From NCBI GenBank assembly GCA_963782915.1, contig CAWALK010000020.1:192001-256000 (forward strand): a stretch of 64,000 nucleotides of DNA. The letters run 5' to 3'. The notes beneath the pieces are model-generated. The model did no database searches and was not told where the DNA came from. It saw only the letters and a list, made by a program, of their open reading frames with translations. This stretch comes from an uncultured archaeon (lineage in GTDB: Archaea; Thermoproteota; Bathyarchaeia; Bathyarchaeales; Bathycorpusculaceae). Below are positions 1-10,247 of the stretch, one piece after another (within the stretch, counting starts at the first letter, position 1; every line of letters starts with the position of its first letter). Made by a program: the position numbers and the translations under genes.

Positions 1-331
1 CTGTGACGGTGGCGAGTGCGGTTGCGTTTGCTGCTACGCTGCTGCTCTTTAAGCCTCGGGCAGCAGGGATGTTAGACGTAGTTTTAACTTTAGCGCCAAA
101 TGTCTCTTCTAAATTAAACCGCTCAAGGACCCGTATGACAGTGCGTTCCATCAGAAGCGTGCTTTCTTTTGGGTCAGAGGTTATTTGTATTTCGAAAATG
201 CCTGCTTCATCTGTAAGTTTGACTTCTGCTTTAGTCCATAAATCTACGCCGAAAGCTGCACCCTTACCTAATGCAATCGCATTTACGATTGTCGCTGCGC
301 CATGCGCCACTGCCACCGCTTTACCCGCCAA
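1..331 (-). CDS. aroK: Archaeal shikimate kinase (GHMP family), 5' part; runs off the window
   Basis: Manual translation from TTG at 331: MAGKAVAVAHGAATIVNAIALGKGAAFGVDL...NIPAARGLKSSS (GHMP PxxxGLxSS motif); follows aroE. Confidence 0.9.
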   Translation of the reverse strand, partial: MAGKAVAVAHGAATIVNAIALGKGAAFGVDLWTKAEVKLTDEAGIFEIQITSDPKESTLLMERTVIRVLERFNLEETFGAKVKTTSNIPAARGLKSSSVAANATALATVT

Positions 332-337
332 ACCTAT

Positions 338-1199
338 CTACACCTTCTGCTGTAAATGAGTTAGCGCTGCCTTCCTCATAACTTCAACGGGTGCCGATTT
401 GCCTGTCCAGATTTCAAAGGATGCTGCGCCCTGATAAATCAGCATCTCAACGCCGCTCACCACTTTGGCTCCGACGGTTTTGGCGTCTTTTGCCAATTTA
501 GTTTCAAATGGATTGTAAACGATGTCCATGACTGAGAGGTTTCTTCGGAGCAATTCGGATCGGAACTGGGGTTTGGTCTGGGCGTGGTTTCATGCCCACT
601 GAGGTGGCGTTGATTAGGACATCTGAATCTTGCAGGTTAGCATCAATATCTTCCAGCGAAAGTGAGCCTGCTACTATTCGTTTGTTAGCTGCTTTCTCCA
701 CCAACCGTGCCAATGCCTGAGCATCCTTTACGGTACGGTTAAGCACTGCGAGTTCGTCAGCTTCCTTAGCCATCGCATAAGCAATCGCTCTGGCTGCTCC
801 GCCTGCACCAAGCAACAGCACTTTTCTGCCTTTCAGTTCGACGCCGTTTTCTTTTAGCGCCTTTACTGCGCCTACGCCGTCAGTGTTGAAGCCAAACAGC
901 AAGTTTTCTTTGTTTAGGACTGTGTTAACTGAATTGATGATTTGGGCTGATAAGTCAATGCGGTCTAAATTTGCCATCACCGTTTTTTTGTGGGGCATGG
1001 TTACGTTTAATCCGCGGATGTTTAGTGCCCGCATCCCATTTACTGCATCCACTACATAGGATGGTTTAACTTTGAACGCTAAAAACACGTAGTCCAAGTC
1101 GAGTGCTTGAAAGGCTGCATTATGCATAATCGGGCTTAGCGAATGCTCAATGGGGTCACCTATGACTCCGCACACTCGAGTTTTGCCCGAAATAGTCAT
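338..1199 (-). CDS. aroE: Shikimate dehydrogenase (one frameshift near 550)
   Basis: GDPIEHSLSP, NVTMPHK, NTDG, GAGGAARA, NATSVGM; C-terminal DIVYNP...GVEMLIYQGA lies in ORF 338..553. Confidence 0.95.
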
Positions 1200-1891
1200 T
1201 TATTGCCCTATCCCCAGTAGTTTGTATGCAGTCTTCATTTCTTTTATACTCATCTGTCCCGATGCCGTCTGGTTGCTTTCGTCGAGTGAGGCGAAGGTGA
1301 AGTATGCGCCAAATGCTGGGGAGAGTAACCTTGAGGTTTTGCCTTGCTTCGCCCATGCAGAAGCAGACAAGCTTTGCTTTAGTGGAGGCGAACTGAAACA
1401 AAGCTCAACACTGGGAGGTTGTCTTCGATTTGTTTTGCGGTTAAGACGATTTTGCAGATGTCTGCTCCGCATGCGATTTCGTTCATCGAGGATTTTTTCC
1501 ATGGAGGATGACGTGTTAGGATTCCGTCGAATTTGTGGTAGGAAACGACGGTTTTTGTGCCAAGTTGCTTTAGTTTGCTGAGGGTTTCGCTGCGTTTTGG
1601 GCTGGAAAAATCTACATCGACAAACGCAAAACCGCTTTTAGCAGCGTTCAACAAGGTTTGCTGCCTCTCAGCTTCAGAACCAGTAAAATGCCCTTTCTCA
1701 CTTTGCAACTTGTTCGTTGCAATTAGCGGGATTTTTGTGCTCTTAGGCAGATCCGCTAAATTCCTTGTTTCTTCAAGGCAATCCATGCTGACCTCAACAA
1801 AATCTGCTTGAGCCTTCTCGGCTTTCTCTATTAGGTTTAAGGCTTCGGCTATGTTTTTAGGCATAATAGAGACGCAAATTTTTGCGCTCAC
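1200..1891 (-). CDS. aroD: Type I 3-dehydroquinate dehydratase (frameshifts near 1500 and 1390)
   Basis: KICVSI, VVSYHKF, GADICKIV, CMGE and APNAG-region/TASGQ segments spread over adjacent frames; operon position. Confidence 0.85.
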
Positions 1892-2909
1892 TTCTCAATC
1901 ACCGTTTCATCTGGCACAGAGATGCCAAAGTGTCTGCCTCCACGAGCCGCCAAGTGCACCATGACTTCGTCGCCTGGTTTTAGGTCGGTGACGGGTTTGG
2001 ATGCTTTTGGGGTGACGACTCGGATGGTTTCGGCGTTCTGCAGGATGGTTTTAATGGTTTTTCCCTCTACCTGTGCTTCTACTAAGATGAGTGGGCGGAT
2101 TTCGATTTTTATGCGTGCCAACGTTTGCTTTGCGGGTTTTGCCCTCGCGGTTAACGAGTATGACTTCGTCGCCTGCTTTGAATTCTTGGAGGTAACGTGT
2201 CGTTTGCAGATTGCCCAACGTGTACATGGAGCAGGAGCCGGCGTTTACGCGGAAAGGTCGTGATGCTACATAGGGGTTTTCGTTAACTTCCGCTTCCACC
2301 AAGAACAAGCCTGCGCTTTGGCTGCCGACCAGCATGCCTTCGCCTGGCTGCATCAAGTCACAGGTGTCAACGCAGACGCGTGCGCCGGTGCTGATGGGTT
2401 TGGTGGCTAAGATTTTGGCTGGTACCATCTCAAGTTTTAAGTGCGTCGGGTTTTACGATGGCTACGGTTTTTAGGATTTCATCCGCGTCGGAAGTTTTTA
2501 GCAAGACGCCATCGGTTCCTAATTCAAGGGTTTCCAACGCTACTTTTGCTTCTTCGGCGTTGGTGACTTCTGCGATTAGTTTGCTTTTGCCCTTTATTCG
2601 GGCGATGAGGTTCTCCAGTGGAATAACTCGCCAGTTTGCTGTGCTGACTAAGTATGTGTGTTGCGCCTTGTTCGGCAGCTTTAACGATTAGGTTTTCGCT
2701 TGCTTTGTCACTGATGCAAATCCGCAGAACTTTCTGCTGCTTTATTCTTTTTCGAGGGCAGCCTCATTGCTTGGAGAGACTACGTTGATGGTTTGTTTGT
2801 TAGCTAGAAATTCTGCTTTATCATCTTCGATGACTACATCGACATATTGATTGATAAGCGCCTCTATAGAGCTCTTTTTTTGGGTTGTTTCTAGCCAGAG
2901 TTCCTTCAA
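1888..2909 (-). CDS. aroB': 3-dehydroquinate synthase II (several frameshifts)
   Basis: TTG start MKELWLE; RVCVDTCDLM..GEGMLVGSQS, RPFRVNAG, ILQNAETIR, GGRHFG motifs in consecutive fragments. Confidence 0.9.
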
Positions 2910-3698
2910 GCCTTGACACCCAATAGCTTTTCTGCTTGCTCAACCGACGCATTTTCATGCACAATTGCTGAAAGCGCCTTGGCAATTGCGGTTGGGTTGT
3001 CGCATTGGAACACATTGCGCCCAATGGATAAGTCCTGCTGCGCCTGCTTTGAGTGCATCAAAAGTGGTTTGCAGCACTTCCTGTGGCGATTTGCATTTGG
3101 GTCCACCCGCAATAACGACTGGGGCTGGGCAACTTTCAGTGACCATTTTGAAGGTGTCTATGTTGCCTGTGTAGTTGGTTTTGATGATGTCTGCGCCCAG
3201 TTCAGCGCCGATGCGGGCTGCGTGGGCGACTACTTCGACGGCGTGTTCGTTTTGGATTTTGGGTCCTCGTGGGTACATCATGGCGAGAAGTGGCAATCCG
3301 AAGGCATCGCATTCTTCCGCAACCTTGCCAAGGTTTGCCAGCATTTTGTCTTCGTCTTGTGCGCCAACGTTGACATGAACGGAGACTGCGTCTGCGCCTA
3401 TGCGGAGTGCTTCTTGTACGCTGCATACTTGGACTTTGGCGTTGACGTTTGGGCTCAGGTTTGACATGCCTGAGAGCATCACAATTAAGCCTGCGCCGTC
3501 TACGTCGATGCGTCTGGCGATGCCTTTGTGGACTAGGATGGCGTCGACTTTGCCTTTGATTAGTTGGTTGGTGATGGTTTGCATGTTAGTTATGCCCTGT
3601 ATGGGTCCGACGGTGACTCCGTGGTCCATTGGGACAATGACTGTGCGGTTGTCTTTTTGGAAGACCTGTTTTAGTCTGCGGGTTTTGCCTTCGTTCAT
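2906..3698 (-). CDS. aroA': 2-amino-3,7-dideoxy-D-threo-hept-6-ulosonate (ADH) synthase, class I aldolase (frameshift near 3025)
   Basis: VPMDHG, MMYPRG, AELGADIIKTNYTG, VVIAGGP, GRNVFQ; adjacent to DHQ synthase II. Confidence 0.9.
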
Positions 3699-3708
3699 AG
3701 TTCCACTT

Positions 3709-4952
3709 CTAATGTGTTTTAAGCGCGTTTTTAATTAACTTTAGCGCCTTCTCTTTCTCGTTCCAATCTACAAAAAGCAGAATACTCGATGTAATTGTTA
3801 ATATGCCGCTGATGTTTATGCCGTTAACGCGCAGGTCCTCGCTGATTTTGCCGATGATGCCCTGAGTTTCCTCTAAGCCGACTCCGCTGGTTTTGAGGAA
3901 GACAAGGTCTTTTTTGACTGCCATGGCTATGGTTTCTTTGTTGTTGATGGTGATGTCGTGGATTTGGTTGAAGAGTTTGCTGATATTCTCGGTTTGTGGG
4001 ACGTAGACGATGATGGAGTTGGTATTCATGGACATGCCTATGAGGCAGGTGTTTTCTTTGACTTTTTGAACGATTTCAGTAATGACTTGTGGATTCTTTG
4101 ACATGCCTTCGCCAATGACAGTGATTTCTGCGACTGGGCCTTCGTTGGCGATTTCGGCATCGAGTTCGGTTGCTAAGCCATCGGTTATGATAGTGCCGTT
4201 TTTGCTTAGGTCGTCGAGTTTGTTGCTCACGACTTTAACGTCTATGTCTTTAGGTTTGTACTTAAGCGCTTTATGTGGATGAATTTAGCGCCTGAATCTG
4301 CCAAACCGACCAATGTGTTGACGTTGATTGTTGGGAGCAGTTTTGGTTGAGCGATGATTTTGGGGTCGCTGGACATGATGCCCTCGGCATCGGTGACCAA
4401 GACGATTTGGTCGGCGTTTATGCCTTGGCCCATGAGGAAGGCTGTGGTGTCGCTTCCGCCCCTGCCAAGGGTGGTGATTTTGCCGTCTTTGGTTTTGCCG
4501 ATGAAGCCTGCGATGACTGGGATGGTGCCTGCTTCAACCAGTGGGAGGATGTTTTCTTTGATGTTTTTCTCGCATTCCTTAACCAGTGGATTTGCGTTCT
4601 GGAAGTTCTCATCCGTAACTATAGGCCATTTGGCATCCATTGGGTCAAAGTAGCATGCGTCAACGCCATTGTTTCGAAGGGCGGCGGCGAAGAGGCGTAT
4701 GCTTGTTCGTTCCCCCATCGAGAGGATGTCGTCTAATTCATGTTTTGCAAGTTTCCCATTCGAAGTGTTTTTTGCTGTGGCTAAAAGTTGGTCTGTGGTT
4801 TTACCCATAGCTGACACTACAACGGCGAGTTTAGTGCCTTTTTTGGATTCGTTAACGACTGCCATGACTGCTTTTAACATGCGTTCGTGATCAGCTAGGC
4901 TGGAACCGCCGAATTTAACCACAATTTTACGTTCAGAGAGTTGTCTTGTCAT
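3709..4952 (-). CDS. lysC: Aspartate kinase with C-terminal ACT domains (frameshift near 4270 joins ORFs 4242..4964 and 3709..4230)
   Basis: VVKFGGSS, VVVSAMG, TTLGRGGSDTTA, TDAEGIMSSDP; ACT-like C-terminus. Confidence 0.9.
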
Positions 4953-4974
4953 TTTATGTTGCACCCATTTCTTT

Positions 4975-5012
4975 GCCCAGAACCGTTCTCAAAAAATTTG
5001 TCAGTTCTGGGC
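4975..5012 (-). promoter_or_regulatory. Hairpin with internal U6 tract between the leader peptide and lysC (candidate attenuator)
   Basis: mRNA sense GCCCAGAAC-TGACAAATTTTTTGAGAACG-GTTCTGGGC; perfect 9-bp stem starts immediately after the leader stop codon. Confidence 0.7.
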
Positions 5013-5102
5013 TTAAGGAAAATAACTGTAATAATAAAAGCCGTAGTCGAAGCTGTGGAATTGTGCTGCGTTGAATTCGCTTTTGGCTTTAGCGTTGAGC
5101 AT
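5013..5102 (-). CDS. Phe/Tyr-rich leader peptide, 29 aa: MLNAKAKSEFNAAQFHSFDYGFYYYSYFP
   Basis: Manual translation, ATG 5102 to TAA 5013; 5 Phe + 5 Tyr, with 9 of the last 15 codons aromatic; directly upstream of the aromatic operon. Confidence 0.75.
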   Translation of the reverse strand: MLNAKAKSEFNAAQFHSFDYGFYYYSYFP

Positions 5103-5137
5103 AGCTTCGAACCTGTCCAATCACTCGCATCTTAGAA

Positions 5138-5151
5138 AATATAAGCGTTTC
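5138..5151 (-). promoter_or_regulatory. Putative BRE/TATA promoter of the leader-lysC-aro transcript
   Basis: Minus strand GAAACG-CTTATATT about 36 nt upstream of the leader ATG. Confidence 0.55.
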
Positions 5152-5251
5152 GGATTAGAGCTTTTTAACTTAAGCGATATCTTCAGGTTCTGCAGGCTCG
5201 ATGCATCTTCAGGCTTAGTCAACGGCGCCTGCGGTTTTTCTCTCTGCAAGC

Positions 5252-6900
5252 TCATTTAACCGCCTCCACAAGCGCCTTAGCTGTTTCTTTACGCACACCT
5301 GCAGAGTTATCGACCGCTTTGGTAGCAATGTCTTTTTCTAGCGTCTGCACCTTGCCCATTGCCGCTTGCTTCTTCTTCTCAAATTCAGCACGCAACTGCT
5401 CCATTTCATACGAGGAATTCTGTTCAGCTAACTGCAACCGTTTCTTTGCATCGAAGAATTTCTGTTCAGTTTCGAAGACTTGCTGCTGAATAGCGACTTT
5501 CTTGAGGGGGTTGCTTGTTTTGGTCATTTTTAATTTGGCGATTTCATTTGCCAAGTCATCGACGTTCTTGTTTAGCAAATCCATGGCGAACTTGCGTTTC
5601 TCTTCAAGCATTTTGGTTTGCGCTTCGAATTGTGATTCGATGTCGCCTGATTTGCCCGAATCCGTGGAGGATGTACCGACTGCCATTGCCAACCGTTTCT
5701 TAACAGAGTTTAATCTCTGGGTTAATTCGCTGACTTTCTGGTCCTGTGCCATCTTCTGCATGGGGTGCCGATAGCTGACTTTGACTGCTTGCGCCTCTGA
5801 CAGTTCTTTTTCGATGTTTGCCATGCTTCGCATGAAGGTTTCGATGGCGCTTGTGCCTTTCTCGACTAATTGTTTTGTTTGGGCAGCATGTTCCTCATCT
5901 ATTTTATTTAGCAAATAGCGGTTTTCTACCAGGGTTCTGTATGAGACTGCGATGTCTGCTTCGTTGGCTATTCTGTTGTCGAGTTCATCTTGGATTTGCC
6001 CAAAGATTTGGTTATATTGTGCGCTAAAGGTTTCGTCCGCGCCGATGGCTGTGTTGGATTCAAATGATAGGATGACTTGGCGGAGGTTTACCATCCAGTC
6101 GTCAAAGTATTTGCTCACTGGTTCCTGCTCGAAGACTTCGTCGCCTAACATGTCGAGGTAAGTTAAGGCTTCGGATGTGACTGATTCTATTTTGGCGTTT
6201 CTTTCCGCCAATAGCTCTATGGTTGGGTCTATCTGCGGTGGTTCCTCGACTTTGGGTGGCTCTTCTATGATTGGCTCTGGCTCTATTGGGGCTGGTTCTG
6301 GCTCAGGTATACTGATAGGTGGCTCAGCTGCGACTAGCGGGGATCGGGAGCGGTTCTGGCTCTATCACTGGCAACATGGGCTCTATTGCTGGAGGCATTG
6401 GAGCTGGAATCATTACGTGGGCTGTCTCGATAATTGGGGCTGTGTGCTTTGCGGAGTCTCTGGGCTGCAATCTCCAGCGTTAAAGCTTCAAACTTGGGCA
6501 CCAACTCATCAATAACTGCCATCATCAAATCGCGGTATTTGGCTTCGCTTAAATCAAGCAGTTCACGGCGCCCATCCACAAAAGTCAAAGCTAAATGCCC
6601 CGTGGGATGTATGAATGCTTTTTCGACTAATCCTAAATCGATGGGAATTATGGATGTGGAGACGGCAATGGAGGAAGTCCATGGCTCCATGTTGGATTTT
6701 AGGGATTTTAGAAAATGGGTGACGACAGAATTTTCTTGGTTGGTTAATTTGCTGATTTCTTGGATGTCTTCAGCGACGGTTTGGAATGTGCTGGCGATTT
6801 CTTCTATGCTAATCTGTTTCTTGCCAGGGTTGTTTAGGTGCTGCGCTGGGGTATGTGCTTGGTATTCTACGAATATGGTGTCTGCTGCATCTTGAGTCAT
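5252..6900 (-). CDS. Hypothetical protein: N-terminal domain, Pro/Glu-rich linker, internally duplicated coiled-coil region (probably one frameshifted gene)
   Basis: ORFs 6334..6900 and 5252..6211 are bridged by a PEPEPAPIEPEPIIEEPP linker in frame with the downstream ORF. Confidence 0.6.
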
Positions 6901-7052
6901 GGCAAGACAAAGCCCATAATGTGGCTGCTGGGGATTAGCGGTTGGCGTGTCTCAGAATTTACACACACAAGGGTGTACAAAAAATAGCCGTTTGGATGAA
7001 TGCCCAAGAATTGTTGACTACTAAAAAAAAGAAAAAGGGATAAAAGATTTAC

Positions 7053-10000
7053 CTAAACTCGTCTGCGAAGCATCAACAGAATCGCTAAGCCCATGATGAC
7101 GACAACAATGATGATGACGACGCCTAATGGTAGCAGTATCTGATCAGCCATTGACGGTGCCGCAGTTGCTCCCGGTGAAGCTGTTGCTCCAGTTTCCATA
7201 ATGTTGAATACGCTGCTTCCGGTTGATGGCCAGTAGCCGTTTGTGCCTGGGAATGTTGCATAAACCGTATATTTACCTGCAATGTCCGGTTGCCATACTA
7301 GGTTGAATGCGCCCGTGATGTCGGTTTTAGTTGTGCCGACGGTTCTGTAGTTTCCGTTAGCATCTACAACGTTGATTGTTACGTCAACGCCTGTGAAGTT
7401 GCTTGGCATTGGTCGTTGTTGATAGATGTAGCCCATCCAGTCCTTCATGCTTGCGTCAGATGCAACTGGGACTCCGTAGGGGAATCTGGCTGCTTGTTGA
7501 TCTTGCTTTGTACCTGCGGAAACATCAAGAACTGTGCCTCTAATCACTACTGACTGTCCGAGGGTACCAGCTAGGTCTGGTGCTGACACCATTATTGCGC
7601 TTGGTCCTCTGCCTATGCTGTAGACTTGTTGATCGTAGCCATTCATGCAGGTTAGGTAGCCGTCTGCTGTGGCCCATGCTGATCCAGCGGTTGACCATTC
7701 GCTTGGGTAACCTGAAAGTTGCCATATTTCCTGTCCTGTAGATGCGTTGATTGCGCGGTAGGTGCAGCCTTTGTAGATTGGGTTTGGTACTGTGTGTTCG
7801 TCTGTTGCTGTGTAGACTACTCCGTTGGATATTGATTGTATCTGTGTTGGGTATGCTCCGTAGAAGACGTTGAATCCTGCGTTGGTGCTGTTTCCTGCGC
7901 CGCCGTTACCGTAAGTCCATTGTAGTTGGCCTGTTCTGTCGTTGTAGCAGTAGAGTATGCCTGAGAATGAGCTGACATAGATGTTTCCGTAAGCGATTAC
8001 GCCGCCTAGTGTGACGGTGCCTGGGTTTCCGTAATAGTCAAAGGCTGATTGAGGTGCGGTTGGACCCCACAGTTTGTTTCCTGTGTCAAGGTCGTATCCG
8101 ACCCACTGTATTGTGTCTTGTAGGGTGAAGGTGAAGACGCGTGTCTGGAAGTCAGCTGGTTCAGGAATCAAAGATACGTTGCCTGCTGGTGGATCGTAGG
8201 TTTTCGTCCACATGATTGAGCCTATTGTTCCTCTGGACGCGTTTAGATTGATGCCGAAGAATGTGTACGGAGCTTGTGGTGTGCCGGTTCCGCTGGCTGC
8301 GAATCCTGCCGGTAGAGCGCCACTTCTGCATAGTAACATGTCGCCGTAGTTAGCCGCAACAATAGTTGGTGCCGCTGCGCCAGTCATGCTGTTGAGTGAT
8401 GTTGGCAGTGATATGTTCCAGTCATAGGTGGATATGGATTGGGGGTACTTGCCAGTTGCACCTGAAGTAACAGGTGTTAATGGAACGCTTGCGTTAACTA
8501 TCAGTGTTGATCCGTATGGGGCCCACATGGTGTTGTTGCTTCCGCCAGGGCTGCCTGCAATGCTGCCAGGAACATAATTGAAGTAGTTGCCTGATACTGG
8601 GTCTCGTGCGTTTGGCGGCATTGTAACTGATTCGCCTGTAATTGGAACAGGAAGTTGTACAACGAGTGCGCCGTTGCTTGCGTTTAGGATTGACGGAGAT
8701 AGGCTTCCGCTGCCGGTGTAGGGGTTAATGTCGTATTGCCATAGTCTAGACATGTTCCATTGCGACAGATAGTAGATTGGGTTAGCATTTGTGCCTGCAT
8801 TGTATAGGTTATACTTTAGTGGTTCACCGCTTGGACCCATTACGGTTGTGCCTGCGGGTATAGCAGTTACATTGAATAGTGCATCGCCTGTTGCTGCATC
8901 GTACAAGTTCCACTGTGTTGATCCTGCCGCTCCAGGCGCTAGAGACGCTCCTGCTGGAACAACTGTACCGGGTGAAACAGTGACCTGTGCCACTAGAACA
9001 GCTGGGTAAACGCCATGTTGGTCAGGGTCCCAAAGGTTATAGATATAGCCGAATGATAGCTGTGGAATGTTCTGGTTGCTCCAGATTTCTTTGCCTGTGC
9101 GTAAGTCAATTGCGACTGTTGGTCCAGTTGAACTGCCGCCCATGATCGGTGAGCCAGTGAATGATGCTGTTTCAGTGTAGTATAGTATGCCTTGGATTAT
9201 GATGGGGAAGTAGAATCTTGGTGCATAGGATGAACCTTCGAAGTATGCGACTCCGTAAGCGTCTGAGTTAGGGTCTGAGCCGCCAGGTTGGAATTGGTTT
9301 CCGCCGACAACTCCTCCGAATTGAAGAGGTCTGGTCCACATAACGTGCGCTGTCAGTGGTCCTTGTGCGTCTGGGTGGTAGAGTCCTCCGTATCCGCCTG
9401 CGCTGCTCCAGCCTCCCACTGGGGGAGAGCCGTTGCCTAGCCAGTTGGATGAGATTTGCCACCAGTCAGTGTTTTCGCCGTAGATTGGACGGGACCAATA
9501 TTCTGTTGGAAGCGGATAACTTGTTATGGCTCCCGGTATCTGTTCCTGTTGCACAACTAGTGTCGTGTTTGCGGTGCTTGGCAAATATGTGTCGTTGAAG
9601 AGTATGGATTTTTCGTAGCCGTTGCCGTTTGCTCCGTAGACTTGTCCCGGGAAGTTGAATATGAACTGGTATGTGCCGATTTGGTCAGGGGTTACTGTGA
9701 CATATTGCGATGACGTTGGGTCCGTTACTGTGGCGAAAATCTGAGTTGTGACGTTGCCATCAGGTGCGATTGTTGTTAAGTTGAAGTTTTTGAATCGCCA
9801 ATTGTTTGAGAGCAATGCTGCGCTGGCCGTAGAACCGTTTGCTGGGTTAGCAGGGGTTGTTCCGCCGGCTATGTTTCCAGCGGCTCCACCGTAAACGGCG
9901 GAAAGCCACATGTAGACATGTGCAGTTTGGCCGACGCCGATTGGGCTAGGCGCTGCTGTGATGTATGCGTATGTTGGTATCTGCCATGGGGGTGTGTGTG

Positions 10001-10088
10001 CGTTTGTGTTGGGGGTTAAGATCATTGAGGTTGCTATTGATAGCATTAAGAGTAGGCTGAAAAATAGAGAAAATTTTCTTTTATTCAT
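7053..10088 (-). CDS. Secreted, membrane-anchored PQQ-binding-like beta-propeller protein (1011 aa)
   Basis: Signal peptide; repeated DLxTGxxxW blades; Ig-like C-terminal domain; C-terminal TM helix followed by RRR. Confidence 0.85.
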   Translation of the reverse strand: MNKRKFSLFFSLLLMLSIATSMILTPNTNAHTPPWQIPTYAYITAAPSPIGVGQTAHVYMWLSAVYGGAAGNIAGGTTPANPANGSTASAALLSNNWRFKNFNLTTIAPDGNVTTQIFATVTDPTSSQYVTVTPDQIGTYQFIFNFPGQVYGANGNGYEKSILFNDTYLPSTANTTLVVQQEQIPGAITSYPLPTEYWSRPIYGENTDWWQISSNWLGNGSPPVGGWSSAGGYGGLYHPDAQGPLTAHVMWTRPLQFGGVVGGNQFQPGGSDPNSDAYGVAYFEGSSYAPRFYFPIIIQGILYYTETASFTGSPIMGGSSTGPTVAIDLRTGKEIWSNQNIPQLSFGYIYNLWDPDQHGVYPAVLVAQVTVSPGTVVPAGASLAPGAAGSTQWNLYDAATGDALFNVTAIPAGTTVMGPSGEPLKYNLYNAGTNANPIYYLSQWNMSRLWQYDINPYTGSGSLSPSILNASNGALVVQLPVPITGESVTMPPNARDPVSGNYFNYVPGSIAGSPGGSNNTMWAPYGSTLIVNASVPLTPVTSGATGKYPQSISTYDWNISLPTSLNSMTGAAAPTIVAANYGDMLLCRSGALPAGFAASGTGTPQAPYTFFGINLNASRGTIGSIMWTKTYDPPAGNVSLIPEPADFQTRVFTFTLQDTIQWVGYDLDTGNKLWGPTAPQSAFDYYGNPGTVTLGGVIAYGNIYVSSFSGILYCYNDRTGQLQWTYGNGGAGNSTNAGFNVFYGAYPTQIQSISNGVVYTATDEHTVPNPIYKGCTYRAINASTGQEIWQLSGYPSEWSTAGSAWATADGYLTCMNGYDQQVYSIGRGPSAIMVSAPDLAGTLGQSVVIRGTVLDVSAGTKQDQQAARFPYGVPVASDASMKDWMGYIYQQRPMPSNFTGVDVTINVVDANGNYRTVGTTKTDITGAFNLVWQPDIAGKYTVYATFPGTNGYWPSTGSSVFNIMETGATASPGATAAPSMADQILLPLGVVIIIVVVIMGLAILLMLRRRV

Positions 10089-10111
10089 TTTATTTCCTTC
10101 AAAAGTTTAGA

Positions 10112-10146
10112 TGAGCTTTTCTTTTGGTTTGCCAAAAAAGTGCTCA
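10112..10146 (-). promoter_or_regulatory. 5' leader hairpin upstream of the PQQ-like gene
   Basis: mRNA sense TGAGC-A-CTTTTTTGG-CAAA-CCAAAAG-AAAA-GCTCA. Confidence 0.45.
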
Positions 10147-10247
10147 CTTAACAGGTATGTATAAGCGGAAACTGGTTAAAAAATCTATATGCTTGAACAG
10201 TTGAACTCTTCGTGTCACCGCTGTCTCGTATGTACATCTAACAGGCG

